Positions 50,890-63,317 of a DNA stretch of 64,000 nucleotides are shown one piece after another. The first letter of the stretch is position 1. Every line of letters begins with the position of its first letter. This stretch comes from Myxococcota bacterium. Lineage in GTDB: Bacteria > Myxococcota > JACRCW01. The DNA lies in the NCBI GenBank assembly GCA_040752415.1, contig JBFMGU010000015.1, forward strand, positions 6,458 through 70,457. The letters are read 5' to 3'. The notes below the pieces were generated by a model. The model worked only from the letters and a program-made list of their open reading frames with translations, did no database searches and was not told the DNA's origin. A program made the position numbers and the translations under genes.

Positions 50890-51556
50890 TGAAGTCCAGG
50901 TAGAGCGTGAGGGCGCCGGAAAGCGCGCTGCGCTCCACGTTGCCACGGCTCCCGATCAGTGACGCCTCGTGCGCGCGCAGGATGCGTTGCGTGTCATACG
51001 CGGTGAGCGCCACGAAGGCGATGACGCCCACGACGGAGATGATGAACGCCATCGCGTTGTTCTGCAGGAAGATGTTCACCAGGCTGGCCAGGATGATGCC
51101 AATGACTCCCATCATCCCAAAGCTTCCCCACGACGTGAGGTCGCGCCGCGCCACCATGCCCCACGCGCTCATGGCGCCAAACATGCCCGCCGTCACCACC
51201 AGCGTCCCGACAATCGACGTGGCGGTGTACGCCAGGAACACGCCGGAGAGCATCATGCCGTTGAGCACCGCGTAGCTGAGCAGCATGAGCGCCGCGGTCC
51301 CGGTGGCGACGCGGTGGGCCAACGCGGAGTACGCGAACACCATCACCAACGTGGCCACCATCAACGCACCCACGCCAAAGGGCGTGAAGACCAGCGCGCG
51401 CAGGGCGGGAACGGTGATGGTGGCAAAGGCGCTGGCCGCGCTGATGAAGAGGCCCAGCGTCATGTAGCCGTAGACGCGTGCCATGTAGCGCTGCGTGACG
51501 CTCAGCCCCGCGCGCTCGCGTGGAATGCTCCAGGTGTCCTGACCGTAGGTGGCCAT
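50840..51556 (-). CDS. Bax-inhibitor-1/YccA-family membrane protein
   Basis: The start is MATYGQDTW. Seven TMs are predicted with the BI-1 signature layout. Confidence 0.75.
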   Translation of the reverse strand: MATYGQDTWSIPRERAGLSVTQRYMARVYGYMTLGLFISAASAFATITVPALRALVFTPFGVGALMVATLVMVFAYSALAHRVATGTAALMLLSYAVLNGMMLSGVFLAYTATSIVGTLVVTAGMFGAMSAWGMVARRDLTSWGSFGMMGVIGIILASLVNIFLQNNAMAFIISVVGVIAFVALTAYDTQRILRAHEASLIGSRGNVERSALSGALTLYLDFINLFLMLLRLGGHREE

Positions 51557-51644
51557 GGTGGTTCTCCTCGAGGCCGCAAGGAAGGCACTCACCGGTGCCC
51601 CGGCAACCTTCCGGAGCCCCGGTGAGTTTCTGGGGGAGTTGGGC

Positions 51645-52082
51645 TCACTGGATGTTCTTGCGTCCCGCACGGAAGCCGTACTTGACCGCGTCCTTGATCT
51701 CCTCCCAGGTACGCCCGGTCTTGAGATCGTTCCACTCGGTCTTCAGCTTGGCCGCCAGCGTGTCATCCCAGTCCTTGTAGTCGGTGTACTGCGACGACGC
51801 GCCGTAGCCGTAACGGATCGCATCCTCGTCCCGGTCAAAATCAAAGAAACCCTGACCGGACGTCGTGGACGGCTTGCCTGCGGCCTGCTTCAACGTCTCG
51901 CCCACGTCCTGCTTGATGTCCGCGCCCTTCCTGCCCGCGGTCAGGTCGTGCTTGGTCTGCTCCCAGTCACGACGGATGGCCGCCTTGGCGCGCTCCCAGC
52001 CGGAGGTGTAATCGTCACGCCACCACTTGGGCCGCGTCACCGACGGAGCTCCAACTTCCTTCCCTGGCTCGCGCTGCATCAT
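51645..52082 (-). CDS. Hypothetical protein (Trp/Asp/Lys-rich)
   Basis: The 145-aa ORF shows good GC3 bias and WxxxK repeats. Confidence 0.45.
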   Translation of the reverse strand: MMQREPGKEVGAPSVTRPKWWRDDYTSGWERAKAAIRRDWEQTKHDLTAGRKGADIKQDVGETLKQAAGKPSTTSGQGFFDFDRDEDAIRYGYGASSQYTDYKDWDDTLAAKLKTEWNDLKTGRTWEEIKDAVKYGFRAGRKNIQ

Positions 52083-52158
52083 GACACCTCCCTCCTTTCA
52101 TCCGGGGATGTAACCAGGCGTGACGACGGGGTCACTGCGGGAAGGAAGGCGTGCGCGC

Positions 52159-52710
52159 TCAGTCCAGGTACGCGCCCAGCCTGCGGAACACCACCGCGTG
52201 CAGCGTGAGCGTGAGCCCGTAGACCACGTGCGCCACCCAGCTCCAGAACGTGGGGATGTTCTCCGCCCAGATGTTGTGCCCGTGCAGCGCCTGGAACGCG
52301 GGCGGGAGGACCATGTTCACGTCCACCACCTGCGCCAGCACGCCCACCATGAGGCCCAGCGGCAGCAGCGACGGGAAACGCCGCACGTTGAGCGCAAACA
52401 CCAGCGCGCCCGCCACCAGTCCCCACAACAGCGAGGGGCCCATGAGGTGCAGCACCACCGCCGCCACCAGGCTGGGGAGGTGCGCGGCCTCGGTGGCGGT
52501 GTCGCCAAACACGAACGCGCCAATCACCTGCAGCGGCACCAGCGGGCTGCGGCCCATGGCCAGGGGAAAGGCCACCACCAGCACCGTCATCATCACCACG
52601 CCGGCAAGCTCCCCGGTGATGGCGCCCGCGGCCAGGTCACGCGCCAGCAGCGCGCGGGAGTGCTCCGCCTGGCCCAATCCCTGCGTTCGTCCCAGCTGCA
52701 CGTACGGCAT
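52159..52710 (-). CDS. Hypothetical membrane protein
   Basis: Four TMs are predicted. Confidence 0.45.
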   Translation of the reverse strand: MPYVQLGRTQGLGQAEHSRALLARDLAAGAITGELAGVVMMTVLVVAFPLAMGRSPLVPLQVIGAFVFGDTATEAAHLPSLVAAVVLHLMGPSLLWGLVAGALVFALNVRRFPSLLPLGLMVGVLAQVVDVNMVLPPAFQALHGHNIWAENIPTFWSWVAHVVYGLTLTLHAVVFRRLGAYLD

Positions 52711-52734
52711 GGTCTGTTCCTCGTCGGGTGGGCA

Positions 52735-53208
52735 CTACGGGTGGTGCTCGCTGCCGCGCGCGGGAGGGACGGGCGGGCGCGGCGTGGTGAGCCTGCGCAG
52801 CTCCATCTCCTCGCCCATCTCGTCGAGACGGCCGGTGCCCAGGTCATCCCGCGCCACCGGGAACAACGCGCTCTCCTCCAGGGCCACGTGCGCTTCCACC
52901 ACCTGGATGAGCTGGCGCATGGTGCGGTCAAAGGCCTCGTCGTCGGGCTTCAGCAGGGACAGCTCGTCCAGGAGTTCGCGCACCTCGCGGTGATCCCGCT
53001 GCGCGGCCTGCACGCGTTCCAGTCCGCGCTCCACCTCCGCCAGCGCGGGATAGAACAGCTCCTCCTCCAGCTGGCTGTGCAGCTCCAGGCGTGTGCGGAT
53101 CTCCCGCAGCAGCTGCAGCTCGTGGCCGCGCGTGGAGAGGTACTCGCTGAACAGGTCGCGCAGGGCGCGGTGGTCGCGCTTGAGCTGCTCGGTGGCGCGG
53201 ATGGTCAT
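52735..53208 (-). CDS. Hemerythrin HHE cation-binding domain protein
   Basis: H/E ligand spacing is present, with HxxxE-type repeats. Confidence 0.65.
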   Translation of the reverse strand: MTIRATEQLKRDHRALRDLFSEYLSTRGHELQLLREIRTRLELHSQLEEELFYPALAEVERGLERVQAAQRDHREVRELLDELSLLKPDDEAFDRTMRQLIQVVEAHVALEESALFPVARDDLGTGRLDEMGEEMELRRLTTPRPPVPPARGSEHHP

Positions 53209-53580
53209 GCGGTCCTCCGTGGCGGTGATCCCGCGTCAACCACCTTGCGTGAGGCCACAGCGGCGTGGGGCGCGGACGCGGACGGTCTCGCCGCAACGCA
53301 GGAATCCCGGCGTTTATAACCAGCCGTCACGACGAGGGCAGGGAGGTGCCGCGCCCGGGCCATCACTGCGGCGCGGCCAGCTCAAGACGGAGCCCGCAGC
53401 GGTTGGGCCACTCGCTGGCAGCGCTTCCTCAACACGCGTTCCATGCTGCGCATTTCCGCGTGGCGTCGGATGTCGCGCGTGTTCCCACGTTGTGGCACCA
53501 CGCTCCCGCACACCGCGCAGGATGTTCTGCGGTCGGGGTTTCTCGCCGGTATGACAGGCCGGCAAACGCGCTTCACGTTC

Positions 53581-53594
53581 CGCGTTCAAACGCG
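53581..53594 (+). promoter_or_regulatory. Inverted repeat CGCGTT-ca-AACGCG abutting the aceB Shine-Dalgarno
   Basis: The 6-bp arms lie 10 nt upstream of the ATG. The repeat CAAACGCG is also present 24 nt further upstream. Confidence 0.3.
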
Positions 53595-53604
53595 TGAGGA
53601 CCAC

Positions 53605-55215
<1,611 letters not shown>

Positions 55216-55299
55216 GCTTCTGAGGCAGTCCCAAGCACGCGCGGCCATGAACCCGGCGTCGCGAGTGCTTCCGTGCGCCAGCCGGGTGGAAGACACGTC

Positions 55300-56604
55300 A
55301 TGAAAGAGACCAGCGCATCATCTGGGCGTGCACCCATCAATCCGCAGAACCGCTCGCCGGTGGACTTCCCCGACACCCGTCGCTGGGAGGGCATCACCCG
55401 GCCGTACACGGTGGAGGACGTGCACAGGCTGCGCGGCTCGGTCCGCATCCAGCACACGCTGGCGGAGATGGGAGCGCGGCGACTGTGGCAGCTGCTCACC
55501 ACGGAGGACTTCGTGGCGGCGCTGGGCGCGGTGAGTGGCAACCAGGCCATGCAGATGGCGCGCGCGGGATTGAAGTCCATCTACGTGAGCGGTTGGCAGG
55601 TGGCGGCGGATGCCAATGTTGCGGGGCATACCTACCCGGACCAGAGCCTCTACCCGGCCAACAGCGTGCCCACGCTGGTGCGACGCATCAACCAGGCGCT
55701 GCAGCGCGCGGACCAGGTGGATCACGCGGAAGGACGCAAGGAACGGGACTGGTTCCTGCCGCTCATGGCCGACGCGGAGGCGGGCTTTGGCGGACCGCTG
55801 AATGCCTTCGAGCTGATGAAGTCGTTGATCGAGGCGGGCGCGGCGGGCGTGCACTACGAGGACCAGCTGTCCAGCGAGAAGAAATGCGGTCACCTGGGCG
55901 GGAAGGTGCTGGTGCCCACCAGCCAATTCATCCGCACGCTGATTGCCGCGCGGCTGGCCGCCGACGTCATGGGAGTGCCCACGCTGCTGGTGGGGCGGAC
56001 GGATGCGCACAGCGCGCGGCTCATCACGTCCGACGTGGACCCGCTCGATCATCCGTTCATCGTGAAGAACAAGCGGACCGCGGAAGGGTTCTTTGTGCTG
56101 GAGGGCGGCCTCAAGTGCGCCATTGCGCGCGGGCTGGCCTATGCGCCGTACGCGGACATCATCTGGTGTGAGACGTCCACGCCGGACCTGAAGGAGGCGC
56201 GGGAGTTCGCGGAAGGGATCCACGCCAAGTTCCCGGGGAAGCTGCTGGCGTACAACTGCTCGCCGTCATTCCACTGGAAGAAGCATCTTGACGACGCCAC
56301 GGTGGCGCGCTTCCAGCGTGAGCTTGGCGCCATGGGATACAAGTACCAGTTCGTGACGCTGGCGGGGTTCCACGCGTTGAATCACAGCATGTTCGAGCTG
56401 GCGCGCGGGTACCGCGACGAGGGCATGACCGCGTACACCCGGCTGCAGCAGGCGGAGTTCGCCGCGGAGAAGGACGGCTACACCGCCACGCGGCACCAGC
56501 GGGAGGTGGGGACGGGCTACTTTGACCAGGTTGCGGAGGTGATTTCCTGCGGGACGGCCAGCACGCTGGCGCTCGCGGAGTCCACGGAGACGCAGCAGTT
56601 CTGA
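55300..56604 (+). CDS. aceA: Isocitrate lyase
   Basis: The catalytic loop KKCGH is present, with a full-length ICL pattern. It follows aceB, giving the glyoxylate shunt operon. Confidence 0.9.
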   Translation: MKETSASSGRAPINPQNRSPVDFPDTRRWEGITRPYTVEDVHRLRGSVRIQHTLAEMGARRLWQLLTTEDFVAALGAVSGNQAMQMARAGLKSIYVSGWQVAADANVAGHTYPDQSLYPANSVPTLVRRINQALQRADQVDHAEGRKERDWFLPLMADAEAGFGGPLNAFELMKSLIEAGAAGVHYEDQLSSEKKCGHLGGKVLVPTSQFIRTLIAARLAADVMGVPTLLVGRTDAHSARLITSDVDPLDHPFIVKNKRTAEGFFVLEGGLKCAIARGLAYAPYADIIWCETSTPDLKEAREFAEGIHAKFPGKLLAYNCSPSFHWKKHLDDATVARFQRELGAMGYKYQFVTLAGFHALNHSMFELARGYRDEGMTAYTRLQQAEFAAEKDGYTATRHQREVGTGYFDQVAEVISCGTASTLALAESTETQQF

Positions 56605-56688
56605 AGTGGCTGGAGGTGCGGGCGGCCGTCGGTTTCTCGTCGAGAGACCGGCGGCCGTTGCCGTTCGGGTCAACGTCATCGTCCGCCC

Positions 56689-57945
56689 TCACTTCGCCGT
56701 CACCGCATCCATCGCCGCCAGCTCCGCCTCCGCATCCGCCAGGTCCCGCCGCGCGTCCAGCATGTCCAGCCTCGCCTTCAGGGCGCGGTCCCTGGCCATC
56801 AACTCGTCGACGAGGGAGAACTGCCCCGCCGCTCTTGCCTCCTGCGCGGACTGCCGTGCCTGCTCCGCCAGCTCCAGCGCCTTCTTCAGCTCCAGGATCC
56901 TCGCCGCGGCCGCGTCCGCCTGCGCCTCCATCTGGATCCGTTCCATCTCCACGCGCTGCCGGGCCTGCGCGGCCTCCTCCTGTCGCTGCCGCGACAACGC
57001 ACGCGCCTCCGCCGCCTCGGCTCCGTTGATGTTGAACACCGGGATGGGGAACGCCACGGAGGCCACGAGCTGGTGCTCATAGGTCCCTCCCAACAGCGCG
57101 TCGCGAGGCACGGGCGCGGGGTAGACCGCGGGGAACCCGTTCCGGTTGAGCTGGTAGCTCACAAAGGTCCTCACCTTCGGTATCGCCTCCGCGCGGATCT
57201 CCGACGCCGTGGCCTGCGCCACCGCCGCGTCCCGCGCCAGCACCATCACCTCGGGATGATTGGCCGCGGTGAACGTTCCCCGACGAGGTCTCTCGGTTGG
57301 CAGCGGGTCCAGCGGCTCCTGCACCGCCGAGGTGCGTCCCATGGCCCGCGCCAACGCCGCGCGCGCGCCCAGCCGGAGCACCTCCGCTTCCCGCACCTCC
57401 GCGGCTTGCAGCGCCTGGTCTGCTTCCGCGGTCTGCAGGTCCATGGGCGCGGCGTGTCCCAGTCCCACCTGCTGCCGGATGACGTCGGCGCGCTGCTGCG
57501 CGTCCTGGAGCGCCATCTGCCTGGCCTCCAGGAGATCGTCGGCCCACGCCGCCACCGCGTATGCCACGCGCACGCTCCTCTCCACCTCCAGCCTGCCCAG
57601 CGACTGCTCCGCCTGCGCCCGGTCCCGTTCCCGGGTGGCGCGGGTCATGCGCGCGCTGCGCAGCCACGGCCCCTCGAACTCCTGGCCCAGTCGCACGGAG
57701 ACCTGCCCATCCAGCACGTTGGGAACCTCCGGCCCGCCGCGCAGGTCCAGGGTGGGGTTGTCCTGCAGGATGCGCGACGCCGCGGCCTGGCGTTGTTGCG
57801 CCACCTCCACCCCGTGTTGGCCGGCGCGCAGCATGGGAGAAGCGCCCACCGCCTCCTGCACGGCGGAATCCAGGGAGAGGCGTGGCACCGCGCTGGAGGG
57901 CTCGGCGGAAATGACGACGGAAAGGAGGAGCACGGAGGCAATCAT
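56689..57945 (-). CDS. TolC-family outer-membrane efflux protein
   Basis: The start is MIASVLLLSVVISA. The duplicated coiled-coil and beta-barrel architecture is present. There are no adjacent RND or ABC partners. Confidence 0.7.
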   Translation of the reverse strand: MIASVLLLSVVISAEPSSAVPRLSLDSAVQEAVGASPMLRAGQHGVEVAQQRQAAASRILQDNPTLDLRGGPEVPNVLDGQVSVRLGQEFEGPWLRSARMTRATRERDRAQAEQSLGRLEVERSVRVAYAVAAWADDLLEARQMALQDAQQRADVIRQQVGLGHAAPMDLQTAEADQALQAAEVREAEVLRLGARAALARAMGRTSAVQEPLDPLPTERPRRGTFTAANHPEVMVLARDAAVAQATASEIRAEAIPKVRTFVSYQLNRNGFPAVYPAPVPRDALLGGTYEHQLVASVAFPIPVFNINGAEAAEARALSRQRQEEAAQARQRVEMERIQMEAQADAAAARILELKKALELAEQARQSAQEARAAGQFSLVDELMARDRALKARLDMLDARRDLADAEAELAAMDAVTAK

Positions 57946-58239
57946 GTCGTCGGGCGCAGCAATCCACGTGCCCGGGAGGACGAGGTTCCTTCCGTCGTCA
58001 CGAGAGGCGTGAACTCCGCGGATGGACAGCGGATTCCTCGTCGTGGCGACGGCGTGCTCCGGGTTTCCGACGGAAGTCGTGGTTCTCGGACCACGCCGGG
58101 ATGACGGACGGACACAGGGGCAGGATGCCGCGCCCAGCACGTTTTCCGACGTCACCGGGCCACCGGGCGGTTTCCGTCACGCCGCCGACGGCGCGGTGCG
58201 CGCATCCCTGGTATGACCGCGTTTCCCTCGGAGGTGGTC

Positions 58240-60879
58240 ATGCGCGCTTTCCTCGTCGCTGCGGCGTTGCTCCTGGTGCCTCTCCCCGTCCTGGCGGCGG
58301 AGGAGCGGCTGTCCACCACGGTCCGTCCGCAGCGCTACGCCTTGAGCCTGGAGGTGGACCCCGCGCGCGAAGATTACCAGGGCACGCAGGTCATCCCGCT
58401 GACGTTGAGCAACGCCACGTCGGAGATCCGCCTGCACAGCGTGGGCCTCACCGTCCTGGACGTGGCCGTGAAGTCGGGGAAGCGCGCGGCGGGGAGGGCC
58501 CGCTTCCAGCAGCAGCGGGAGATTCTCTCGGTCCGTCCCGCCAAGGAGCTGCCCGCGGGGGAAGCGGAGCTCACCATCCGCTTCAAGGGCAAGCTGGACC
58601 CCCGTCTGCGCGGCATCTACCGCGTGAAGCAGGGAGAGGATTTCTACGTCGCCACGCAGTTCGAGGCGGTGGACGCCCGGAGGATGGCGCCGTGCTTTGA
58701 CGAGCCGGCGTTCAAGGTCCCTTTCCAGCTCACCGTCACCGTCCCGGAGCGACACATGGCCATCTCCAATGGTGCCGTCGTGGGAGAGAAGCCGGTGGGC
58801 AAGGGACTGAAGCGCGTGGAGTTCCGGGAGACGCTGCCCCTGCCCACGTATCTCTGGGCGTTGCTCATTGGTCCGTTCGAGGCGGTCGACGCCGGCAAGG
58901 TGGGGAGCACGCCCATCCGCATCGTGGTGCCGCGCGGTCGCACGGCGCTGGCGGGGTATGCCGCGGAGTCCACCGTCGGGGCGCTGAGGATTCTCGAGGA
59001 GTACTTCGGCATTCCCTACGCGTACGGCAAGCTGGACATGATTGCGCTGCCGGAGTTCGCGTCGGGGGCCATGGAGAACGCGGGTGCGGTCACGTTCCGC
59101 GAGGAGGCGCTGCTCATCGACAAGGCCACCGCACCCACCGCCGCGCGTCGACGGGTGGCGGGCATCGTGGCGCATGAGCTCGCGCACCAGTGGTTCGGCG
59201 ATCTCGTCACCATGGCGTGGTGGGATGACCTCTGGCTCAATGAGGCGTTCGCCACCTGGATGGCGCGCAAGGTTGTCGACGTGTTCGACCCGCGCCTGGA
59301 AGCCTCACAGGAGGCGCTGGGCGGACGTGCGCGCGCGTTCTGGATGGATGCGCTGCCCAGCACGCACGCCATCCAGACGCCGGTGGAGAGCGCGGAGCGC
59401 GCCGAGGAGATCTTCGACACCATCACGTACAACAAGGGCGCCAGCGTGCTGGGAATGTTGGAGGCGTGGCTGGGACGCGACGCGTTCCGCAGCGGGCTGC
59501 GCCACTACCTCACCACCCACGCGCACCAGAACGCCACCGCCAATGACCTCTACACCTCGCTCTCGCAGGCCAGCGGACGGGAGGTGCACCCGGTGGCGCA
59601 CGCGTGGTTCCCGCAGGCGGGCCACCCCGTCCTGGACGTCCAGCTCGACTGCAAGACCACCCCCACGCTGACCCTGACGCAGAAGCGCTTCATGCTGCTG
59701 GGCAGCGCGCCGTCGACAACGTGGCAGGTCCCGGTGTGCGCGCGTTACCCCACGGAGAGCGGCGCGTTGCGGACCACCTGCGGCCTGGCGCGCGACGGCA
59801 CGGCCACGCTCCCGCTGGAGACCCGGCAATGTCCTGCCTGGGTGCTGCCCAACGCCGGTGAGGTGGGCTTCTACCGCTACACCCTTCCCGCCAACCTCTG
59901 GGGCGCGCTGGTGGCCGCGGCGCCGGCGCAGCTCAGCGTGGAGGAGCGCGTGGGTCTCGTCGACAACGGCTGGGCGCTGGTGCGCCACGGCAGCCTGGGG
60001 GTGGACGCGTACCTCAAGCTGTTCGAGACGCTGCGCGGGGAACGCAACCGTCACGTGCTGAGCGCCATGGCCAGTCGCTACGACGTCATGCGCGAGGCAC
60101 TGGTGGACGAGGCGGACCTTTCCGCGTTCCGCGCGCTGGTGGCCGCGCAGTTCGGTCCCATGGCCTCGGAGCTGGGCTGGGACGTGCGCCCGGGCGACGA
60201 CGAGGGCACGCGGGAGCTGCGCGTCACGTTGCTCTCCGCCATGGCGCGGCTGGCGGAGGACCCCGCGCACGTGGCGGCGGCGCAGCAGCGGGCCCGCGCC
60301 TGGCTCAAGGACGTCAACGCGGTGCCGGCCGACGTTGCGCGCGTGGCCATGACCGTGCAGGCCAGCCGGCTCACGCGGGAGGAGCTGCACGCCATGATGA
60401 AGGAGGCGTCCGTGGCCACGCTGCCGGAGCGTCGGGTGCTGCTGCTCTCGTCGATGTCGCCGGCGCGCGACCCGCAGGTCATGGAGGAGGCGCTCGCCGT
60501 CGCGCTCGACGAGCGGGTGCGGGTGCAGGACATGGGCTACGTGATGTGGCCCGCGTTCGAGGAGGTGGAGACCCGGGACCGCGCGTGGGAGTGGCTGAGG
60601 CGCAACCACGGTCCGCTCTCCCGCCGGATGAGCGCGGCGCACGCGGCGTACCTGCCCATGGCGGGCGCGGGTTTCTGCAGCGCGGCCCGTCGGGATGAGC
60701 TGCGCGCGTTCTTCTCCGACCCGGCGCACCGCGTGGAGTCCATGGGCCCGCGCCTGGCGGAGGCGTTGGATTCCGTGGAGGCGTGCACGCAGCTCCGCGC
60801 GCAACAGCAGCAGCGGATGAAGACCTACCTGGCAACGCTGCCGCCGGGCACCCGCCCCACCGCTCCCGCCCGACGCTGA
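58240..60879 (+). CDS. pepN: M1-family aminopeptidase N
   Basis: A signal peptide, the GAMEN motif and HELAHQWFG-18-E are present. Confidence 0.85.
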   Translation: MRAFLVAAALLLVPLPVLAAEERLSTTVRPQRYALSLEVDPAREDYQGTQVIPLTLSNATSEIRLHSVGLTVLDVAVKSGKRAAGRARFQQQREILSVRPAKELPAGEAELTIRFKGKLDPRLRGIYRVKQGEDFYVATQFEAVDARRMAPCFDEPAFKVPFQLTVTVPERHMAISNGAVVGEKPVGKGLKRVEFRETLPLPTYLWALLIGPFEAVDAGKVGSTPIRIVVPRGRTALAGYAAESTVGALRILEEYFGIPYAYGKLDMIALPEFASGAMENAGAVTFREEALLIDKATAPTAARRRVAGIVAHELAHQWFGDLVTMAWWDDLWLNEAFATWMARKVVDVFDPRLEASQEALGGRARAFWMDALPSTHAIQTPVESAERAEEIFDTITYNKGASVLGMLEAWLGRDAFRSGLRHYLTTHAHQNATANDLYTSLSQASGREVHPVAHAWFPQAGHPVLDVQLDCKTTPTLTLTQKRFMLLGSAPSTTWQVPVCARYPTESGALRTTCGLARDGTATLPLETRQCPAWVLPNAGEVGFYRYTLPANLWGALVAAAPAQLSVEERVGLVDNGWALVRHGSLGVDAYLKLFETLRGERNRHVLSAMASRYDVMREALVDEADLSAFRALVAAQFGPMASELGWDVRPGDDEGTRELRVTLLSAMARLAEDPAHVAAAQQRARAWLKDVNAVPADVARVAMTVQASRLTREELHAMMKEASVATLPERRVLLLSSMSPARDPQVMEEALAVALDERVRVQDMGYVMWPAFEEVETRDRAWEWLRRNHGPLSRRMSAAHAAYLPMAGAGFCSAARRDELRAFFSDPAHRVESMGPRLAEALDSVEACTQLRAQQQQRMKTYLATLPPGTRPTAPARR

Positions 60880-61082
60880 GCCCCTGCCGGGACGACGACA
60901 CCATTGCGCGCGCGTGGTGGGGACACGTCCCACTCCATTTCTCCCTGGAAATCGTGGCGGTGGCGGGTACCATTCCGCACGTGGCTGCCGTCGTCTTCAC
61001 TCCTGCTGCCATCAGCGTTCCCCGGCCGGAGCTGCCGGAGCCCACCACCCAGCTTCCCGCGTTGCCGGCCCGCTCCTGGCGG

Positions 61083-61589
61083 ATGGAAGGCGCCATGGTG
61101 GCGGGGGTGGCGCTGGTGTGCAGCGCGCATCCCGCGCTCTCCATGCTGCTGATGGGGACGTGGATCATCGCCGCGGTGTGGCACAGCACGCTGGTGTGTC
61201 GGGCGGAGCGGGAGTTCATCCGTCAGCTGGGCGTGCTGGCGGACCGGGCGGAGATGGCGCTGCCCGCGGGGCATCCGTGTGCGCGCGTGCTCCGTCGCTA
61301 CCAGGGGATGCTGCGGCGGCTCCTCCTGGAGATCCCGGAAGGGCACAGCCCGCTGCAGCAGGCGCGTCGTCACGCGCTGGTGGAGCGGCTGGTCCGTCGG
61401 TGTCGCCACCTGGAGTCGTTGCTGCCCGCGCTGGCCGCGCAGCCGGTGGCGGAGCTGCCCGCCCGTCGGGCGGATGCGTTCACGCTGATGCCCGCGCCCC
61501 GTCCCGCGCAGACCGCGCCCATGGCCGCCCGCGCCCGGGCCCGCCGGCTCACCAGCCGCAGGCTGCGGGGCTGCATGCGCGGCTGCTGA
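61083..61589 (+). CDS. Hypothetical protein
   Basis: The start is MEGAMVAG. GC3 bias and codon usage are strong. A 300-aa minus-strand ORF overlaps it and looks like an antisense artefact. Confidence 0.35.
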   Translation: MEGAMVAGVALVCSAHPALSMLLMGTWIIAAVWHSTLVCRAEREFIRQLGVLADRAEMALPAGHPCARVLRRYQGMLRRLLLEIPEGHSPLQQARRHALVERLVRRCRHLESLLPALAAQPVAELPARRADAFTLMPAPRPAQTAPMAARARARRLTSRRLRGCMRGC

Positions 61590-61733
61590 CGTCGTGATCC
61601 CGGCCTGCGGTGGGTCCCATTCCCTGCACGCGTGGGATGCCGTGGCCCCGCCTGCGTTCCCGGCAACTTGTCCGTCGGGTGCGGATGACATAAGTCCGGC
61701 CCCTTTCCCGTCACCAACACCGGACAACAGGCC

Positions 61734-63302
61734 ATGCTGGAAACCGTTTCCAAGGGGTTCAAGAACGCCCGCCTCAAGCTGCAGGGGAAGGCGGAGCTGG
61801 ATGAAGCCACCATTGATGACGCCCTGCGCGACATCCGCGTGAGCCTCCTGGAGGCCGACGTGGAGCTCGGCGTGGTCAAGAGCTTCATGGACCGCGTCAA
61901 GGAGAAGGCGCTGGGCCAGGTGGTGGGGCTGGAGGTCAAGGACTCCACCGGCAAGAGGGTGAAGCTGACGCCCCAGGACCGCTTCAACGCCATCTGCTTC
62001 GAGGAGCTGGAGGCGCTGATGGGGCCGGTGGACACGTCCATCACCATCAGCAAGCCCGTGGCCAAGATCATGATGGTGGGTCTGCAGGGCTCCGGAAAGA
62101 CCACCACCACCGGAAAGCTGGCGCGCTACCTGGAGAGCAAGAAGTTCCGCCCCATGCTGGTGGCCGCGGACATCTACCGGCCCGCCGCCGTGGACCAGCT
62201 GCAGACGCTGGGTCAGAAGCTGGGCATCCCCGTCTACAGTGAGCCTGGGGTGAGCCCGCCGGAGCTGTGCGAGCGCGCGGTGCAGAAGGCGCGGGAGAGC
62301 GGGCGCAACGTCGTCATCTTCGACACCGCCGGGCGACTGGCCATTGACGAAGAGCTGATGACCGAGCTGGAGCAGATCAAGGGCCGCACCAAGCCGGACA
62401 ACATCTTCCTGGTCTGCGACGCCATGATTGGCCAGGACGCCGTCAAGACCGCCGCGGAGTTCAACCGCCGCCTCTCGCTGGATGGCTTCATCATGACCAA
62501 GCTGGACGGCGACGCGCGTGGTGGCGCGGCCCTGTCCATCAAGGAGGTCACCGGCAAGCCCATCAAGTTCCTGGGCATGGGGGAGACGCTGGACAAGCTG
62601 GAGGAGTTCCGGCCCCAGGGTCTTGCCTCCCGCATCCTGGGCATGGGCGACATCGTCGGGCTCATCAAGAGCTTCGAGGACGTGGTCGACGAGGAGAAGG
62701 CCGAGAAGGACGCCATGCGCATGATGCGCGGTCAGTTCAACCTGATCGACTTCATGGAGCAGGTGAAGCTGGTCAAGAAGATGGGCTCGCTCAAGGATCT
62801 CGTCGACAAGATCCCGTTCATGAGTGAGGCCGTGCCGGAAGGCCAGCAGGTGGATGCCTCGGAGCTCACGCGCTTTGAGTCCATTGTGCAGTCCATGACC
62901 GTGGAGGAGCGCAAGCGGCCGGAGCTCATTGACAGCAGCCGCAAGCGTCGCATTGCGCGTGGCTGTGGACGGGCGCCCAAGGACGTGGATGACCTGCTCA
63001 TGCGCTTCAAGGCCATGAAGCAGATGATGAGCGCGCTGGGGCAGAACGCGGGCTTCCTGCAGCGCATCCCCGGCTTCAAGCAGATGTCGCAGATGCGCAA
63101 CATGCCGGGCATGGACATCAAGCAGCTCTTTGGCGGCGTGGACCCGTTTGCCGGCGCCGGCGCGGCGCGTCCGTTGGCGCCACCGCCGGGCTACTACGCC
63201 ACCACCAGCGTGGGCGCCAAAGGCGGCAAGACCAGCGACAAGGCCAAGAAGGCCAAGCGCAAGGCGGAGAAGGCCGCGCGCAAGAAGAGCCGCAAGAAGT
63301 AG
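61734..63302 (+). CDS. ffh: Signal recognition particle protein Ffh
   Basis: The NG domain has GLQGSGKTTT, DTAGR and TKLDGD. The C-terminal M domain is Met-rich. Confidence 0.9.
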   Translation: MLETVSKGFKNARLKLQGKAELDEATIDDALRDIRVSLLEADVELGVVKSFMDRVKEKALGQVVGLEVKDSTGKRVKLTPQDRFNAICFEELEALMGPVDTSITISKPVAKIMMVGLQGSGKTTTTGKLARYLESKKFRPMLVAADIYRPAAVDQLQTLGQKLGIPVYSEPGVSPPELCERAVQKARESGRNVVIFDTAGRLAIDEELMTELEQIKGRTKPDNIFLVCDAMIGQDAVKTAAEFNRRLSLDGFIMTKLDGDARGGAALSIKEVTGKPIKFLGMGETLDKLEEFRPQGLASRILGMGDIVGLIKSFEDVVDEEKAEKDAMRMMRGQFNLIDFMEQVKLVKKMGSLKDLVDKIPFMSEAVPEGQQVDASELTRFESIVQSMTVEERKRPELIDSSRKRRIARGCGRAPKDVDDLLMRFKAMKQMMSALGQNAGFLQRIPGFKQMSQMRNMPGMDIKQLFGGVDPFAGAGAARPLAPPPGYYATTSVGAKGGKTSDKAKKAKRKAEKAARKKSRKK

Positions 63303-63317
63303 GGCGCCAGGTCACGT

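Noticed and set aside
59305-60933. 542-aa minus-strand ORF
   Set aside because: It is antisense to pepN.
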